A stretch of DNA of 62,907 nucleotides, counting the filler, from Polymyxa betae A26-41 (taxonomy: Eukaryota; Protista; Endomyxa: Phytomyxea): assembly GCA_003693705.1 (NCBI GenBank). It is 7 parts of 7 records of this genome, joined end to end, with 100 filler letters (N's around TTAATTAATTAA, not from the genome) between each part and the next. Parts side by side here need not be neighbours in the genome. Positions count along the whole stretch, not along the records: positions 41,106 to 54,525 come from RBZT01000301.1; positions 54,626 to 62,907 come from RBZT01000384.1; 5 more parts are not named here. One strand, given 5' to 3'. Of the stretch, positions 49,496-62,478 are shown piece after piece (within the stretch, counting starts at the first letter, position 1; each line of letters opens with the position of its first letter). The position numbers and the translations under genes were made by a program. Under the pieces are notes generated by a model. It made no database searches and was not told the DNA's origin. It was given only the letters and a program-made list of their open reading frames with translations.

Positions 49496-50011
49496 ATGGA
49501 TCTGAAATCCCCGACTGATGTAACATCAGGTGCCATGACCGGATTCGTATTGACGGCATTCCCAGTCATGGTCCTGGTCCAGTACTACCTCGGTCACAGC
49601 AACCGTGATGGGGACGAGAACGAGGGCCTGCAACCGTCCCGATATATTCCGCTCGTCCTGACCAACGCTCGCCTACTGGCGTACGGCAGCGTGGTCGTAC
49701 TGGCCGAGGCTCGCAGCGCCGCCCTGTTCCGTGCCGTATCTGCACTGAAAGGCCCTCGCGGACGTGCCCTTCTCTACGTATGGATTGCCGCCGACTTACG
49801 ATCCACCAGCATGGCCGCCGACGTCGCGGACTACGACCAGTACCAGATGGCGCTGGTCGTACTGGCCCTGACCATGGTTCTGCTGAGCATCGTGGCCGCG
49901 TTGCTCTATGTGAAGGATCCGGACAAAGCTGTTTCGGAGGAAGCGTCGGCGGCGAGATCCGGACAGGGGGCGGATGCGAAGAAGGCGTTCGCCCTACAGG
50001 CAGCTGTATGA
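49496..50011 (+). CDS. Small multi-pass membrane protein, possibly COPI-associated/Tvp15-like
   Basis: About 4 hydrophobic segments, VVLAE...GRALLYVW motif, GC-rich coding composition. Confidence 0.55.
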   Translation: MDLKSPTDVTSGAMTGFVLTAFPVMVLVQYYLGHSNRDGDENEGLQPSRYIPLVLTNARLLAYGSVVVLAEARSAALFRAVSALKGPRGRALLYVWIAADLRSTSMAADVADYDQYQMALVVLALTMVLLSIVAALLYVKDPDKAVSEEASAARSGQGADAKKAFALQAAV

Positions 50012-51039
50012 ATGGGTCTATAATGGATGATATGGATCATGTTGTATGAATAAACGGCTCGATTATGTATCATACAATGATTTCATAGACGAATATTTCG
50101 TGATGATATTGGTATGGTGCTGCTATGGCAGATTGAACATCCTGTTAAATACAGCTCATTTAGAATGTCTTAGTATATGCTCTAATTCCTTCAAAGACAT
50201 CTTCCTGTCTGTTTTGGTTCAACTCCTTCATTTCCTTTGGAAAAAAATCACAAGTTAATTTTGTAACAAACTCCCTACTGGAGCTGGCCGTTGTCGGCAA
50301 TCTACGGTTTACAAAACCGCTCATGTACCATTCGATGACCACGATAAGCTATAAGAACTTCATCTGCTTGGGAGGAAGCACCGCCTCCTGTTGATGAAGA
50401 TCGAGGAGATAGAGCAATTGAATCTAATCCGAATATAACCTGAAATCTATCACACAGCAAGTATCGATGCAAGCGTCGAGAGCTGATTCGAAAGACTGAA
50501 GTAGCTGAAGGACCTGCATATAAACATCAAATAACAGAACAAAGAGCTGAGCAACTGATCGTCCAAATAGTGTAATGCATTTGCTTATTCGCCATTTGCC
50601 TCGATGAAGAGATCATGCTTAGAGAGATGTATCCTGAATTCACATGTTCTAAAATTCCCTTCATATAGCGACGAATCTGCTGTTGATTACAGAATTATTA
50701 CCATCCAAAGGAGCTTTTTCTCGAGAAAAACAAAGCACAAATTGACACAAGCTTGTCGAATCAGCATTTAATCGACATCTTTGCATGCACTTTGGATTTT
50801 GCAACCATCGTCGGTCACTTCGCTGTCTGAAGAAAGCCAACCAATGCTTTTTAGAAAGTGGAAACGAGAAGCTACTGACTGACTTTTTGCAGCCTATTGC
50901 ACTTGTAATGTTTCAAGTTGCCATATTGGAGAGATCTCGTAGAAAGAGTGTATATTGGGCTCCAAGTGTGTGTGGATTCATGCACTATGCTGTCAAGGTA
51001 ATCAGCCGGTTTATTCAGATATTGTCAGCCGATTCAGCA

Positions 51040-51756
51040 TGATCTGTGATCTCTTGAATCATGGGCTCGGAGAAATTGCTGTCTTTTCTGGATGCTTTCC
51101 GAATTGAACATATATCCTACGAAGCATCGCCTCCATCATCTTTATCATGGCTCTCATCAGGTTCCCATTATTGCTCTTGTATCGTATGGCTCTTCTTAGG
51201 GGGACATCCTCTTAATCTTAATCAATGCGAGCTTCGCATTCAAGTCAGGACTTCATCACCATGAGCCCCCATCATCACGATCTCGCGAATGGCCTTAATC
51301 ATGGCCTCCTTCGTCTTCTCAAGCAAGGCTTTAACAAAGATGACTGCTTTGCCTTCAAATAGGGCCTCCTTGCATGGCTCTAATCCGGGTACTCGTTAAT
51401 GTTTGTTTAAACTTCCTAATGCAGGCCTCTAGTTTCTCAGGATTTCTCTAAACACAACGTTCCCGAGCATGAACGTAATCCAGTTGACTGCTTCGCCTAC
51501 AAATAGCTCAGAATCTTTGTCAGGTGACATTACAGATACTTCGAAAACATCATTAGAAGTGAAAGTCTCGACCGAAGCGTCAAGAAGCAGACGAAGGCTT
51601 GGTGATAGGTTGAGCATCATCAATGGATATCTGTAACATTCCATTATAATAGTGCTTATGATATAACAAATCAATGGGTGAAACGGAATACCAAGTTCAT
51701 TGAGATTGACACCTAACCAAGAACATAACAGAGGAAAGGACAGAGAGGTACGTGAT
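51040..51756 (-). pseudogene. Decayed paralogue of the acidic secreted protein at 52176
   Basis: caaccATCacgtacctctctg vs caaccATGaagttcctctctg; same first intron position; PDKDSELFVGEAV vs PSDEEIELLVAEAI. 3' limit approximate. Confidence 0.7.
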
Positions 51757-52175
51757 GGTTGTAATGAAACGAGGAAGAGAGAGGTGAGATATTCGATACG
51801 AATAAATATGAGAGGAAAGAACGAGAAAGACAAAGCATGAAAGCTGGCTTTGTCATGCCAAAGATGGCAGTTTCCGACATTACAAAAAAAAAATTGTTTT
51901 GAAATCAAAATAGTCAACTCATTACTCCCATGAGATTAATGTTACACATCTGTTCAATATGCCACTGTGGCAGATTAATCCGATTAATCCCCCTTGAGTG
52001 GGTTGCTTCCGTCGGAAACTTCCAAAAATGACCGGAAAGGGCGACCCCCTTTGACCGTGGGCCTTGTCGTTTGGCGTCCTCGACACTCTCTTGCCATTTC
52101 CAATTCCCTTCATATTTATCAACATCTAATTTCTCAGCTCGCCCTATCTCGATCCCCTTGTCTTAAAATACAACC

Positions 52176-52702
52176 ATGAAGTTCCTCTCTGCTCTCCTCT
52201 TTGCCATGATGTTGGCCCTCTCCCAGGCTGTCACTCTTACTGAACTCGGTACCCGTTTACACCAATATTGTCCATTACAGACATTGATGTCTCGTTACAG
52301 ACTCAAGCGATGTTTCTGAACCTATCATCTCTGAATCTGAAGAAGCTGCGGCCGAGACTCTCGCTTCTAACGATGAGTCGGAAGAAATTGGTAATTTTGC
52401 ATTGTTCTATAACTGCTTATACTCAATGATTGGGTTTAGTTTCTGAAGTACCATCTGATGAAGAGATTGAGCTACTTGTAGCCGAAGCTATCGACCTCAT
52501 GGAAGAAATCTTCGCAGAAATGATCATGAATGAAGAGATGATGTTGGAGGCCTTCCTCCCTGACTCTCTGTTCATGATCTATGACACCGAAGACGTCCAG
52601 GAAGCCAGCAACGTTTCTGAGCCCATCATTGAAGAGATCGTTGACGAGCCTGAATCCGTTATCACCGAGACCCAGCCTCAAACAATTGAAGCCGCCGCCT
52701 GA
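52176..52702 (+). CDS. Small very acidic secreted protein, 141 aa (exons 52176-52248, 52301-52390, 52440-52702)
   Basis: Signal peptide MKFLSALLFAMMLALSQA; frame-consistent GT-AG introns; AATAAA downstream. Confidence 0.8.
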
Positions 52703-53170
52703 TTTCTCGTTTCTCTAGAATGCATGAATAAACACTCCTCTTTGACTTAAAGTTCATCCTTCACAAAGTCGATCGTAGAATAAGATCTCGTTTGTCAATG
52801 CATTCCTTGCTTTATGGCTACTTAGCATTTAGCAATGAGTATAAATTCGGTTCAAATCGTCGCCATCCCCGTAGCCTCCAATATTGTTTTCCTATGATAA
52901 GGAATCATACTACAAGGCTGTGTCTGTCGCGTTCATTCGAAAGCTCATGAATCTGCAAGCTTGCCATTATCTATGGGCCAAAAAATCCAATATCATAAAG
53001 TGCAGCCATGTTGTCGGTGATCTGAATGTTTTTTTATTGGAGAGCACTCCGATATTGGTGACATTATCGTTAGAAAAACGCGGATTTATTGAGAAGCTTT
53101 ATCCAGAAACAAGAGAGGATGCATTACGATTTCATAAATTCAAACAAACATCAGGTGTTCGAGAAACTGG

Positions 53171-54020
53171 TCATTGAATGTTACTAGCAGATGGGACTTC
53201 ATCAAGCGATCCCGACTTCTCACCAGCCGAAGCATCTGGGGCTTGATTGAGCGATTCCGACTTCTCACCAGCCGAAGCATCTGGGGCTTGATCAAGCAAA
53301 TCCAACTCCTCACGAAGCGTAGCACGTTGGGCTTGATCAAGCAATTTCAACTCCTCACGAAGCGAAGCACGATTGGCTCGATCAAGCAATTCCAACTCCT
53401 CACGAAGCGAAGCACGAAGCTCATTGAGAATATCGTCAAAAATACAATAAGCTTGATCAGATAGAGTCGCCAATTCAGATTTAGGCTTGTCACTGGACTC
53501 AGTTGCTTCAAGGTCGCTGGAAGTAGTAGGTGCTGGTCCATATTCTTGAATTGTTTGTCTAACAAGTTGAGAGGCGTCTTTAACGATTGGAATAAGCCCG
53601 TGTTTAAGCCCCTCCTCTTGCTTAGCGTCATCGAACAATACCTGAAGACAATTGTTCAAATACGCTCCAGCTTCCTCGTTCTGCAGCTCAGAGAATACAG
53701 CATCAAGGGAATGAAATAGATTGTCGAATAACTCTTCAAGACGTGCATCATGGCCATTGTCACCATCATTGTTGGCAAGAGGGTGATCAGAATCTGCAAA
53801 TGTATGAAACATTCATACCGTCTGGTTGATATAATAGTATTACCATTACTAGGGCCAGTACAGGGGACTTCGTCGTCCGTCTTAGTGGGTATGGAAGCGT
53901 CCCCCTTATCTGTAACACGGGTATCGTTAACTAAAAGCAAAGAACTGTAATGATGCGATTACCAGAGGAGGTAGCAGCCTGTGATAGGCCAACCAGTACG
54001 ACGAGAAAGATTGCAAGCAT
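53171..54020 (-). CDS. Acidic secreted repeat protein (exons 54020-53963, 53930-53844, 53793-53171)
   Basis: Signal peptide MLAIFLVVLVGLSQA; phase-1 introns of 32 and 50 nt; LREELxLLDxAxRAS x3 and QAPDASAGEKS x2. Confidence 0.8.
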
Positions 54021-55555
54021 GATGTTGATAAGAAGGGTGATAATGACGATAAGAGCGACAATTAACTCTGCGTAATCCTCACGCACCTCACCTATTAATA
54101 TTATGCGACCGAAGTGTGCAAGAGGGTTCACTCTTAGCAAGTTTATTGTGCATGAAGATCCAGCAGGTTAGTAGCAGATTATTTAGGCAGTGTCGTGCTG
54201 GACCTGCCAGGCTGACTTTTAGCTAGCAACAGCAGATAATAAAATTTATCTGTAAAGTATTCCTGTTTGCATTCCCAAGATATAGTATTTAGCATGAATA
54301 GCGATAGGAACGAAATCTTCGAAAATGACCTGAAAGTTTCTGAAAATTTTCAACAGTATTTCCCAGCGCCCACTACGTGCTACGGCCGAGCTAAGCTCGA
54401 AAGCCGCGGCAGTTCGTGATGGCGATAAAAGACAGCAGATGAGTCGCCATGAAGTGCGGATGCTGCGACTCCACTCGACCAGTTCTATAAGCCCAACGTT
54501 ATCGACATGTAATAATCCTTTTTCGNNNNNNNNNNNNNNNNNNNNNNNNNNNNNNNNNNNNNNNNNNNNTTAATTAATTAANNNNNNNNNNNNNNNNNNN
54601 NNNNNNNNNNNNNNNNNNNNNNNNNGTACGGAAGAGGGTTGCGTCCGAGGCCGCGCAGAGGCCCCGCAGTCGGCAGCGCTATAGTATTTCGTGTTTTCCC
54701 ATGCATTTCTCATTTCTTCTATGTCCCATACAAAAAAAATTCGAATCACAGCTCTTGGAATTTACTTTTTTCGAAATTTTTTTTCGTAACTTTCTTCTAA
54801 ACGATGAGATCTGTAGAATTACGAGATAATAATTTTGGTTGGAACCCTTTGGGAGGCCTCATTAGACCCCGACAATTCCCCATACAAATGTTGTCGGTTT
54901 AAGACTGCCCGCACTGTACGCACATTTTCTATCTCTCTGGAGGCAGAGTTTCCAGATGAGCAAGGAGTGAATCCGGGTCAATCTGCTCACCCATTGGGCA
55001 AGAGATCACAGCAGACAGCTTTCGAACAGCTGATGCGCAAATTCGTCATTCTAAACGTAGGGGACTCGACCCGCTGCTGTTTATTGGGATTTGACCCTCT
55101 CGATAATTGCCAACTTGGAAGGGGTAGATCAGCTGCGCTTGATGTTCTGCAGCGTGTGTCAGATCTAACTAAGTGATCTGAGCAAAAAACAGTCATAATT
55201 AGTGCCTTTTCATCCCCTGAAGATCCCAACAGGCCATCCTTGGTTGATCTCATAGAAAGATTTCCATACTGAATCTGGGTGCCGAATATATTTCATTTGT
55301 CCAGATTTGAGTTTCTTCTCTTAAGAACCCTATTGAATATCTTAACCAATAGAACTAAGCATTTTACAAGGGAATCTCTATGAAAAGTTTATGTGCAGAG
55401 CATGGCAATGAGAAGCTATGGTTGTTTTGATCGCAAGCGCACGATATTCGAATCACTGACTAGGAGTCATTCGAAAGCCTCTCACGCTGTAATGGTTCGA
55501 GACCAGCGTCGTAAAATTTGATGTTGTACATGAGCTTGAGAATCTCATCGATAAC

Positions 55556-55629
55556 GTCCGGATGGTGTAGTTGGTTATCACACCTGTCTAACACACAGGA
55601 GGTCTCCAGTTCGAACCTGGGTCGGGACA
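55556..55629 (+). tRNA. tRNA-Val (anticodon AAC)
   Basis: Cloverleaf with anticodon arm CCTGT-CTAACAC-ACAGG, GTTCGAA T loop and downstream T-run terminator; one G:G mismatch in the acceptor stem. Confidence 0.93.
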
Positions 55630-56714
55630 TTCTTTTTTCCTTGTACCCAGATGTTTCACTGCGAATGAGTGAGGTTCTGCATCTTCAACATTTGCCCTGC
55701 AGGAATTTCCGAACTTCTGACAGAGAAATCTAGACTTTCTCATCATCTGAACGTAGATAGACCTACCGGTAATCAGACCTGGTTGGGTCGAAAATCTAAT
55801 ATTTTTATTCCAACAAACTGGGAGATGATCTCCACTCTGCACAGGATCCAATTTAAGATTTGATCAACTGAACAACAATGTGAAGTGAATCATTCGCAGA
55901 CTTTTAAGATATCAAAAGCCTTCTCGTATTCATGGGACTCTTCCAATTCTACCAGTACTCTGGAGGCTGGAAATCATTTTAACAAGTTCTTCATCTGAGT
56001 ACTTAGAAAGCGTTTCAATGTATTTAGTTGCCTTACATCATGATCTTTAGATGATCAGGGTCGATAGCATGTGCTCTCACAATCGCACGTTTTGAAACGA
56101 GTCTGCAGGAGAGGTTCTTCGTTGCTAGAAATTCGAGATTCCTGTTGATGGAATTCTGAGTTCTGTTCTCAGATCTGAAAATAGTGAAGTCTATTATAGA
56201 TCGATTGAAGTGCTCAGTAATTCTGCTTCATATCAATTTTGTATCGACATCGCTTGACATCATCTGGGGCAGCTCCTGGAATTTGAATAATGATCATAAC
56301 ACAATAGCTCTTGGACTTTTTAGTATGGAATTCACTTAGAATTTGCTCGACGCAAACAATTCCACATTCAGTTCGATCCTGGACTATATGCTTGTGTGTC
56401 CGATAGGCTCCTCATCATGTATTAGAAATGATCCAGTCCTGGATATCTCCGAGACCGACTTAACCAACCATAACCAGCTGCTTAATCTCATCATGGACAA
56501 CCTCACAGCTGTTCAACACCAACATCCATGACAACTGCTCAAAGTGAAAAACCTGCGGGCGCGGCCTCCGACAACGAACCTTCCGTACTGGCCCAGCTCC
56601 CGCCTCTGCCTCGACTGGGCGCACTGCGCGGCTGCCGGTATCGTTAAACGCCCGGTGCCTGTTCGGCCCCCGAATCCTCTCTCTCACCATGGTTCATTCC
56701 GCAATTGTTCGTCC

Positions 56715-58411
56715 ATGTCGCTGTTGGTCATCGTCGCGCTGCTCCTGGGCGTACTCGCCCCGCTGGCCCCCGTCCAGGCCGACGTCGTCCAGGTCCAGGT
56801 CCTGGCCCGTCACGGCCTGCGCAACGTGTTCCATCGCAACGAGATCGAGGTCTGGGACGATGGCGGTCAGCTCAGCGGCCACGGCTATGCTCAGATGGCG
56901 GCCATGGGCGCCGCCTTCCGCCAACGATACAGCAACCGTACGGGCCCGGCGCCTGCGGCCTGGAACGAGACCGAACTGGCAAAGGCGGTCATGGCTCGCA
57001 GCACGGATTCGCTGACGTCGATGATGTCTGCGACAGCGTTCATGCTTGGGCTAGTACCACCTGGATCGGGTCCTGTTGATGAGTTGACGGGGAAGGCTGC
57101 GCTACCAGGAGCGTTAGACCCGGTCGGTGTCCATACGGTCCCGATGCCGCTCGATATCCCGCTGCGCGCCTATGATAAATGCCCCAAGTTTATTGATGGA
57201 CTGGATGTGATGATGAACAGCACGGAGATCACCAACTGGCAGACACAGAATCAGGCCGCACTGGATAAGCTCGCTAAGATCACACGCAGTAATGTTACGG
57301 CTGTTACATATCTCGATGCATTCGAGATCATCGCTGTCGATCACGCATTTCGCAATTCAACCAATATCACCGACACCGAATTCGTAAGTTTTCGATTTTT
57401 TTGAAAAGTCTATAATTGTAAAGTTTCGTTAGTTTTCGCTTTTTTTGAAAATTTTTGTTATACTTTGTATTACAGTAGTTTTTTATTTCTGTTTCTCTAT
57501 CGTGTTCTGAAAAGGTGTCGTACAGGACCAATACGAACAGATGGCCTCGTTCCTGGCCGGGAAGATGTTCACAGGGGCCGAGACCAGCCGCATGCTGTCC
57601 GGCCGTCTGCTGGCCAACATGGCCCAGCAGATCGCCGCCGCCGTCGATGTCCGCAACATGACCATCCCCTTCATCTACCTATCGGGCCAGTATCCCACGA
57701 TCATGGCCACATATAGCGCACTGGGCGTGTACGGCGCCGCTAAGTACGTGGCAAATCCGTTTCTCGCGCTTTTTCGCAGTTTGATTTTTGAATTTTTTGC
57801 AACGTTACAATTTTACGTTACTCCGTTGATTACGTTGCACTGACAGCTATCGTTACAGGGGTGGCATTGCGGCAGAACTGCCATCTCCGGGTGCTGCACT
57901 GGTGGTCGAATTGCACCAAGACAACGCCACGCAGTCGTTCTCCGTCCGAGTTCTGGTCCATGACGCATCCCGCAACCGGATCTTCCAGGAAGTCGTACTG
58001 GACGCGTGCGACGGCGCGGCCATGTGCCCACTGGACCGTTTCATGTCGCTGCTGACAGCCAGTGCCCTGGCGCAGCCGAGCGAGTGGTGTGCTCTGTGTA
58101 ACAATACTATGACACCCCCATGTAACATAGGCAACACTGTGGAAATCCCCGTCCCAGCCCCATGTCCACCCCCATCTGACGCTGCGTCTGGGACTGTACC
58201 TGCTCAGACGGTGAATATGGATGGAGACCGCTCCGCAGCTTATGGTATCGTTACTGGAGTCGGTCTAGGGTTTCTACTGGCTACTGTTCTGTATGCCATT
58301 ATTCGTTGCACTAAGAGTCGTGTACTACAAGATCGTCTATTGCCACATATACAACAAGTATGGAATAGACGTTGTACACGCACTCCTCATCATGTAGAGC
58401 TGCAAGCATAA
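56715..58411 (+). CDS. Histidine acid phosphatase family type I membrane protein (exons 56715-57383, 57526-57743, 57847-58411)
   Basis: Signal peptide, RHGLR motif, LS.HG..QM, ARST, CP, VELH, CPLDRF and C-terminal TM. Confidence 0.88.
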
Positions 58412-60360
58412 GAGCAGTAACGAATCAGTCCCTTTAATCCACTCAATACAATGCAATTCCTGAATAGCTAGGGTTTAGGGTTTAGATGACCCCGAGTGTC
58501 AGCATAGATAATTGGCACAGGGCAGTTATTATCAGCAAATCCTAATTGTATGCTGGCAGCATTAAGTGGATTTCCAGAACAGAATCTGTCTCTAAATTAA
58601 GATCGAGATCCATTTAGTATAGGGTATCATCATATACAGTATGAGATCTGCTGAATTACACAGGACAGCATCTACAAATTGTCAATGATGCTATAAGCAA
58701 AAAACGATTTTATTCTGTGTGGTTCAATCCAGAAAATAAAGTCGAAATTAAGCGAAATCGAAGCATTTCTGGCTGTATGATCCTTGATTGGGAATGAGCT
58801 TGATGCGAAAAATTCACATGTTCAACACGAAATGAATTATCAAGAAGTTGTGTGGCCATCAACAAAAGCGTCAACTCAATATGTCTAATGTGCCGATTCA
58901 GGACTCACGGGCCCCCTATTACGGGACCAGATCTCAGGATATATTGACCACAATGTTGAGCAACACAAAGCCATGATTGTATCTGGCTCATGAGGAGAGT
59001 CGGAGTCTCTGAAACCTTATCATCTTCCTGCTTCGGAGCGAATCGCATTTTCTTGATTGTATGTGTTATATTGATGTTTTGACCAGAATGTAATCAGGAT
59101 ATCAGCGAAGGCTGGAATGTCAATTTCACTATCGATCCCAATAAAACCTGTACTCACTATCAACAGGTTACTTAGTATCTGGCAGTACAGAAATATGAGC
59201 TATGTTTGAATCTGCTGTTAAACATACTGAGTTAAACACAGCGGTTATATTGAGATACGTATTGAGTTGCTTTAATGCGTTTAGGGGATGATCGGCTTCA
59301 TGTCAAAAACTTCAATCGCTTCCTGGCTCAGACAAATCCCATGGAGATCAATATCCGGTCTATCAACAGTCGTTGGTTGCCATCCTGACAATTTGGAGAT
59401 GCGACATGGCTCTTTCAGCAGATACGCGGTGACCTACCAAGCAGTTGCGAAAAATATAGCCAGCTATCCGATATCGATTAACGCGCGGTGATGTGAGAAA
59501 AACTTGATATTTTTTCACAATTTCGAGGTCAGTTTCAAAACTGAACCGAAACGAGTCTCAGAGATCCGTTCAAAAACTACCTGTTTGTAAAACTGAGCTT
59601 CAGGTTTAGTAGCCAAACGCGCTTCTTTTTGCAAAACTGCCGAAACTACGGTTTTAAAACAAGAAACCATTGGATCTGAATCCAAAACAAATACCGATTT
59701 TGCGCAATGAAAATCGAATCACTAGAAGATTTTTTAATAAAAAGCACAAACTAAAACAGACACTATCCTAATATCGAGCACACTACAATAGGAAAAAAAA
59801 GCGAAATTTTAACAAAGCATTATGGAAACTGCAAAATTATGGCGAAACTTCTGCGAAAAGCAACGAACAATGGCTGTGAAGTAGAGCCGCGACCATCTCG
59901 AAAGCTGAGCAACCAGCAGGAGACAGCGACAGCCATTTGAAAGTACAGAATTCATCTCGCTGTTGGATTGGGCCAACCAGTGGCTGCATTCCTGTCAAAG
60001 TCCCGAAGTCCTCTGTAGGGCTGAACGTTGCTGCGACCATCTGGGCGGAATTCTCTCCGAAATTGTTAACAAAGCAGACTGGACTTATGTTCAGTCCCCG
60101 AAATCGGGTAACTGTGACGCCATCCTTGGCGAAAGGAGTGAAAAAATAGTACAATTCAATCTGTATTCGGGAATCACCTGTCTGTACTCAAACCGTAAAT
60201 TGAATACAGAAGGGATTTGCCGCTAATGTGTCCATGTATATGGGATGCTTCTCACGGACTTCATTCATTATGGCAATCTTTTATAAATACTTCCTGATCA
60301 GAAACGCTCGTCAGTCGTAACATCAGCGCCTTCCGAATATGCTCTCAGTAAATGTCGCTT

Positions 60361-61075
60361 TGTACCAATAAACAAAGGACCTACTGAGAAAAATTGACAC
60401 AAAGACAAGGTTTCCGGGAGAGGGCGCCACATTTATACAAAGTAAAGGGACACAGCCGGACACTCGATCACGTTACATCCCTGTCAGTTACGGTTGATGA
60501 GATCGGGTTGCGCCGTAACAATATTTATGTCTACAAGTCAGGGTGCGAGTACAACTGCGTAAGGAGATCCGAACCGTCGTCGAGGCACAACGACTCGTAT
60601 GTGTGTTGTTGACCGTCTCTCTCCAATCTTACATCCTCTATATGATGATGCCTTCCAATATGAATGATATCCCTGAAGCCCTCATCCACCAAATCGCTGA
60701 ATTCTTCGATGCCTCCACGCTCTATAACCTATCGCTCGTGTCGCACCGATGTGTACCAATAACAAAGGGCCTACTGAAACAACCTGACACAAAATTTACA
60801 ACGTTTCCGGGAGAGGACGCCACATTTATAGCAAGATGAAAGCCGAGATCACGAGAGAAGGAAACGAGATTGTAAATGGATAGAAGATTTGTAATAAAAA
60901 GGACGAAACCGTCACGGAGGGTCCTTCAACCACTTTACATCCCGATCAGTTGCAGTGGAGGTGATCGGGTTGCGCCGTAATAATATTTATGTCTCAAAAG
61001 TTCAGAATGCGAGTAAACCAGAGTGTCGAAAGCCGAGCTGTCGCCGAGGCACAACGACTCGTCGGTGTGTTCCTC
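60361..61075. repeat. Diverged tandem duplication (about 60361-60610 vs 60751-61075)
   Basis: Shared tgtaccaata...tttccgggagagg.cgccacatttata and ttacatccc...gatcgggttgcgccgtaa.aatatttatgtct. Confidence 0.8.
60642..60839 (+). pseudogene. F-box-only short ORF or truncated F-box gene
   Basis: MNDIPEALIHQIAEFFDASTLYNLSLVSHRC. Confidence 0.6.
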
Positions 61076-61135
61076 GTTCTCGTTCTCTCGCATACTCGTT
61101 TGCGTCCGTTTGTTTCTCTTTTGCATTTGGCCGTT

Positions 61136-61681
61136 ATGGAGCATTGCTGGTTTCCCTGCACCGAATCTGGTTGCCAGAAGTCCTTCAGAACGATGCTCGA
61201 CATTTCCAAAACTGTCGCTGTCCCTCCCAGCAAATTGAAATGCAATTTTTGTTATAATGTTTTTAAAATTGATTCTCTTCGGAAGCATTTTTCGTCGCAG
61301 CATAAAGAAAGTCTTTTATCCCCTAATTTTCATAACAGCAACTTTGCAGTTTTGGAATACGGACAAATTGTCTCATTAGAAAATTGCATCTTTCAAAACC
61401 GGAGCCATTTTTATGATCAGATTCTTTTAACTATCCATTGTATTGATCATCGTGTCAAACCTTTAAAGTTTCTGTTCCTCATTCAAATGGGTTTAATTAA
61501 AGCCATTACGGTGAAATCCATTATTAAAGTACTGTTGGTATATTTATCTCCAATAAACATCAGTTATCATACTGTTCGATTGGGTTGTTGTCAATTCCTG
61601 TCTTCTCTTCGTTTTTTTGCAGCAGAACGGATTCAAAGAGTTACATTGGGAGAGCGCATCATTTTCGGATCACAATTCTAA
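61136..61681 (+). pseudogene. C2H2 zinc finger gene fragment
   Basis: FPCTESGCQKSF and CNFCYNVFKIDSLRKHFSSQH. Confidence 0.45.
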
Positions 61682-61889
61682 ATCAAGAATGCTATTGTCG
61701 TGACTTTCACAAGACTTACTACTGATTGGAAATAAACCATCAACAACTTCCTCATTTTGCGTTTGTTTATGACAGCCCACAAGGCATAGCAATCGAGAGT
61801 ACCTGCATAACTGTTGCAAAGTATGTCGAGTGCAATGATCAAGGCCAATACCATTTCTGATACCGTATATGAATAAACTTAACGCGAAA

Positions 61890-62478
61890 TTCACAAAATA
61901 CCCCAAATCTGAATCTTTATTCACGAAATACCCCAAATCCGCTGTATAAAAAAATTACAGTGGCGCAATTCGGTCTGGAAGCACGATTCTCGATTATAGA
62001 TTTCGATTATAGCTTGAGACTTGGCAGAGCTCATCAAACAAATCTTTACAGAATGGTGAAATGTTGCAGATTGAGAACTTTCGCCTAAACAGAGCCGTTT
62101 CTCTGCCTATAACGTGTACACGGAATTGTCCTACGCCCGGTAGTTTACGTTTTTGAACAGATAAACTAGTTAGTGAACGACAAAGAGCTATAAATTTCAT
62201 CGTCTCACTTTTGTGGACGATATAATCGCAGTTCATCAATCGTAACTTCTGTCGGAAAGCTGCCATGCTCCGAAGGGCGATTGCAGCTTTTTGGAAAGGC
62301 TCACAGCTCGTGACAACTTCAAACGAAGCCATTACGTCTGAAAAAGACAAAGATCGCTAAAATAATCGAAAATAGTGCGCCCAGTCAAAAGTGCGCCACT
62401 GTAATTTTTAAAACTGCGGATATGCCGATTTGGGGTATTTCGTTAAATAAAGATTCAGATTTGGGGTTTATTTTGCGG
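61890..62478. mobile_element. Non-autonomous element with ~80-bp TIRs, possibly Mutator-like
   Basis: aaataccccaaatctgaatctttatt.acgaaataccccaaatc...aaaaattacagtggcgca is inverted at 62392-62478; internal ORF 61994-62350 is weakly MuDR-like. Confidence 0.65.

Noticed and set aside
54626-54690. GC-rich hairpin followed by TAGTATT, possibly another rolling-circle element end
   Set aside because: Only about 60 bp at a contig edge with weak similarity to 23600-23635; not supportable without a search.
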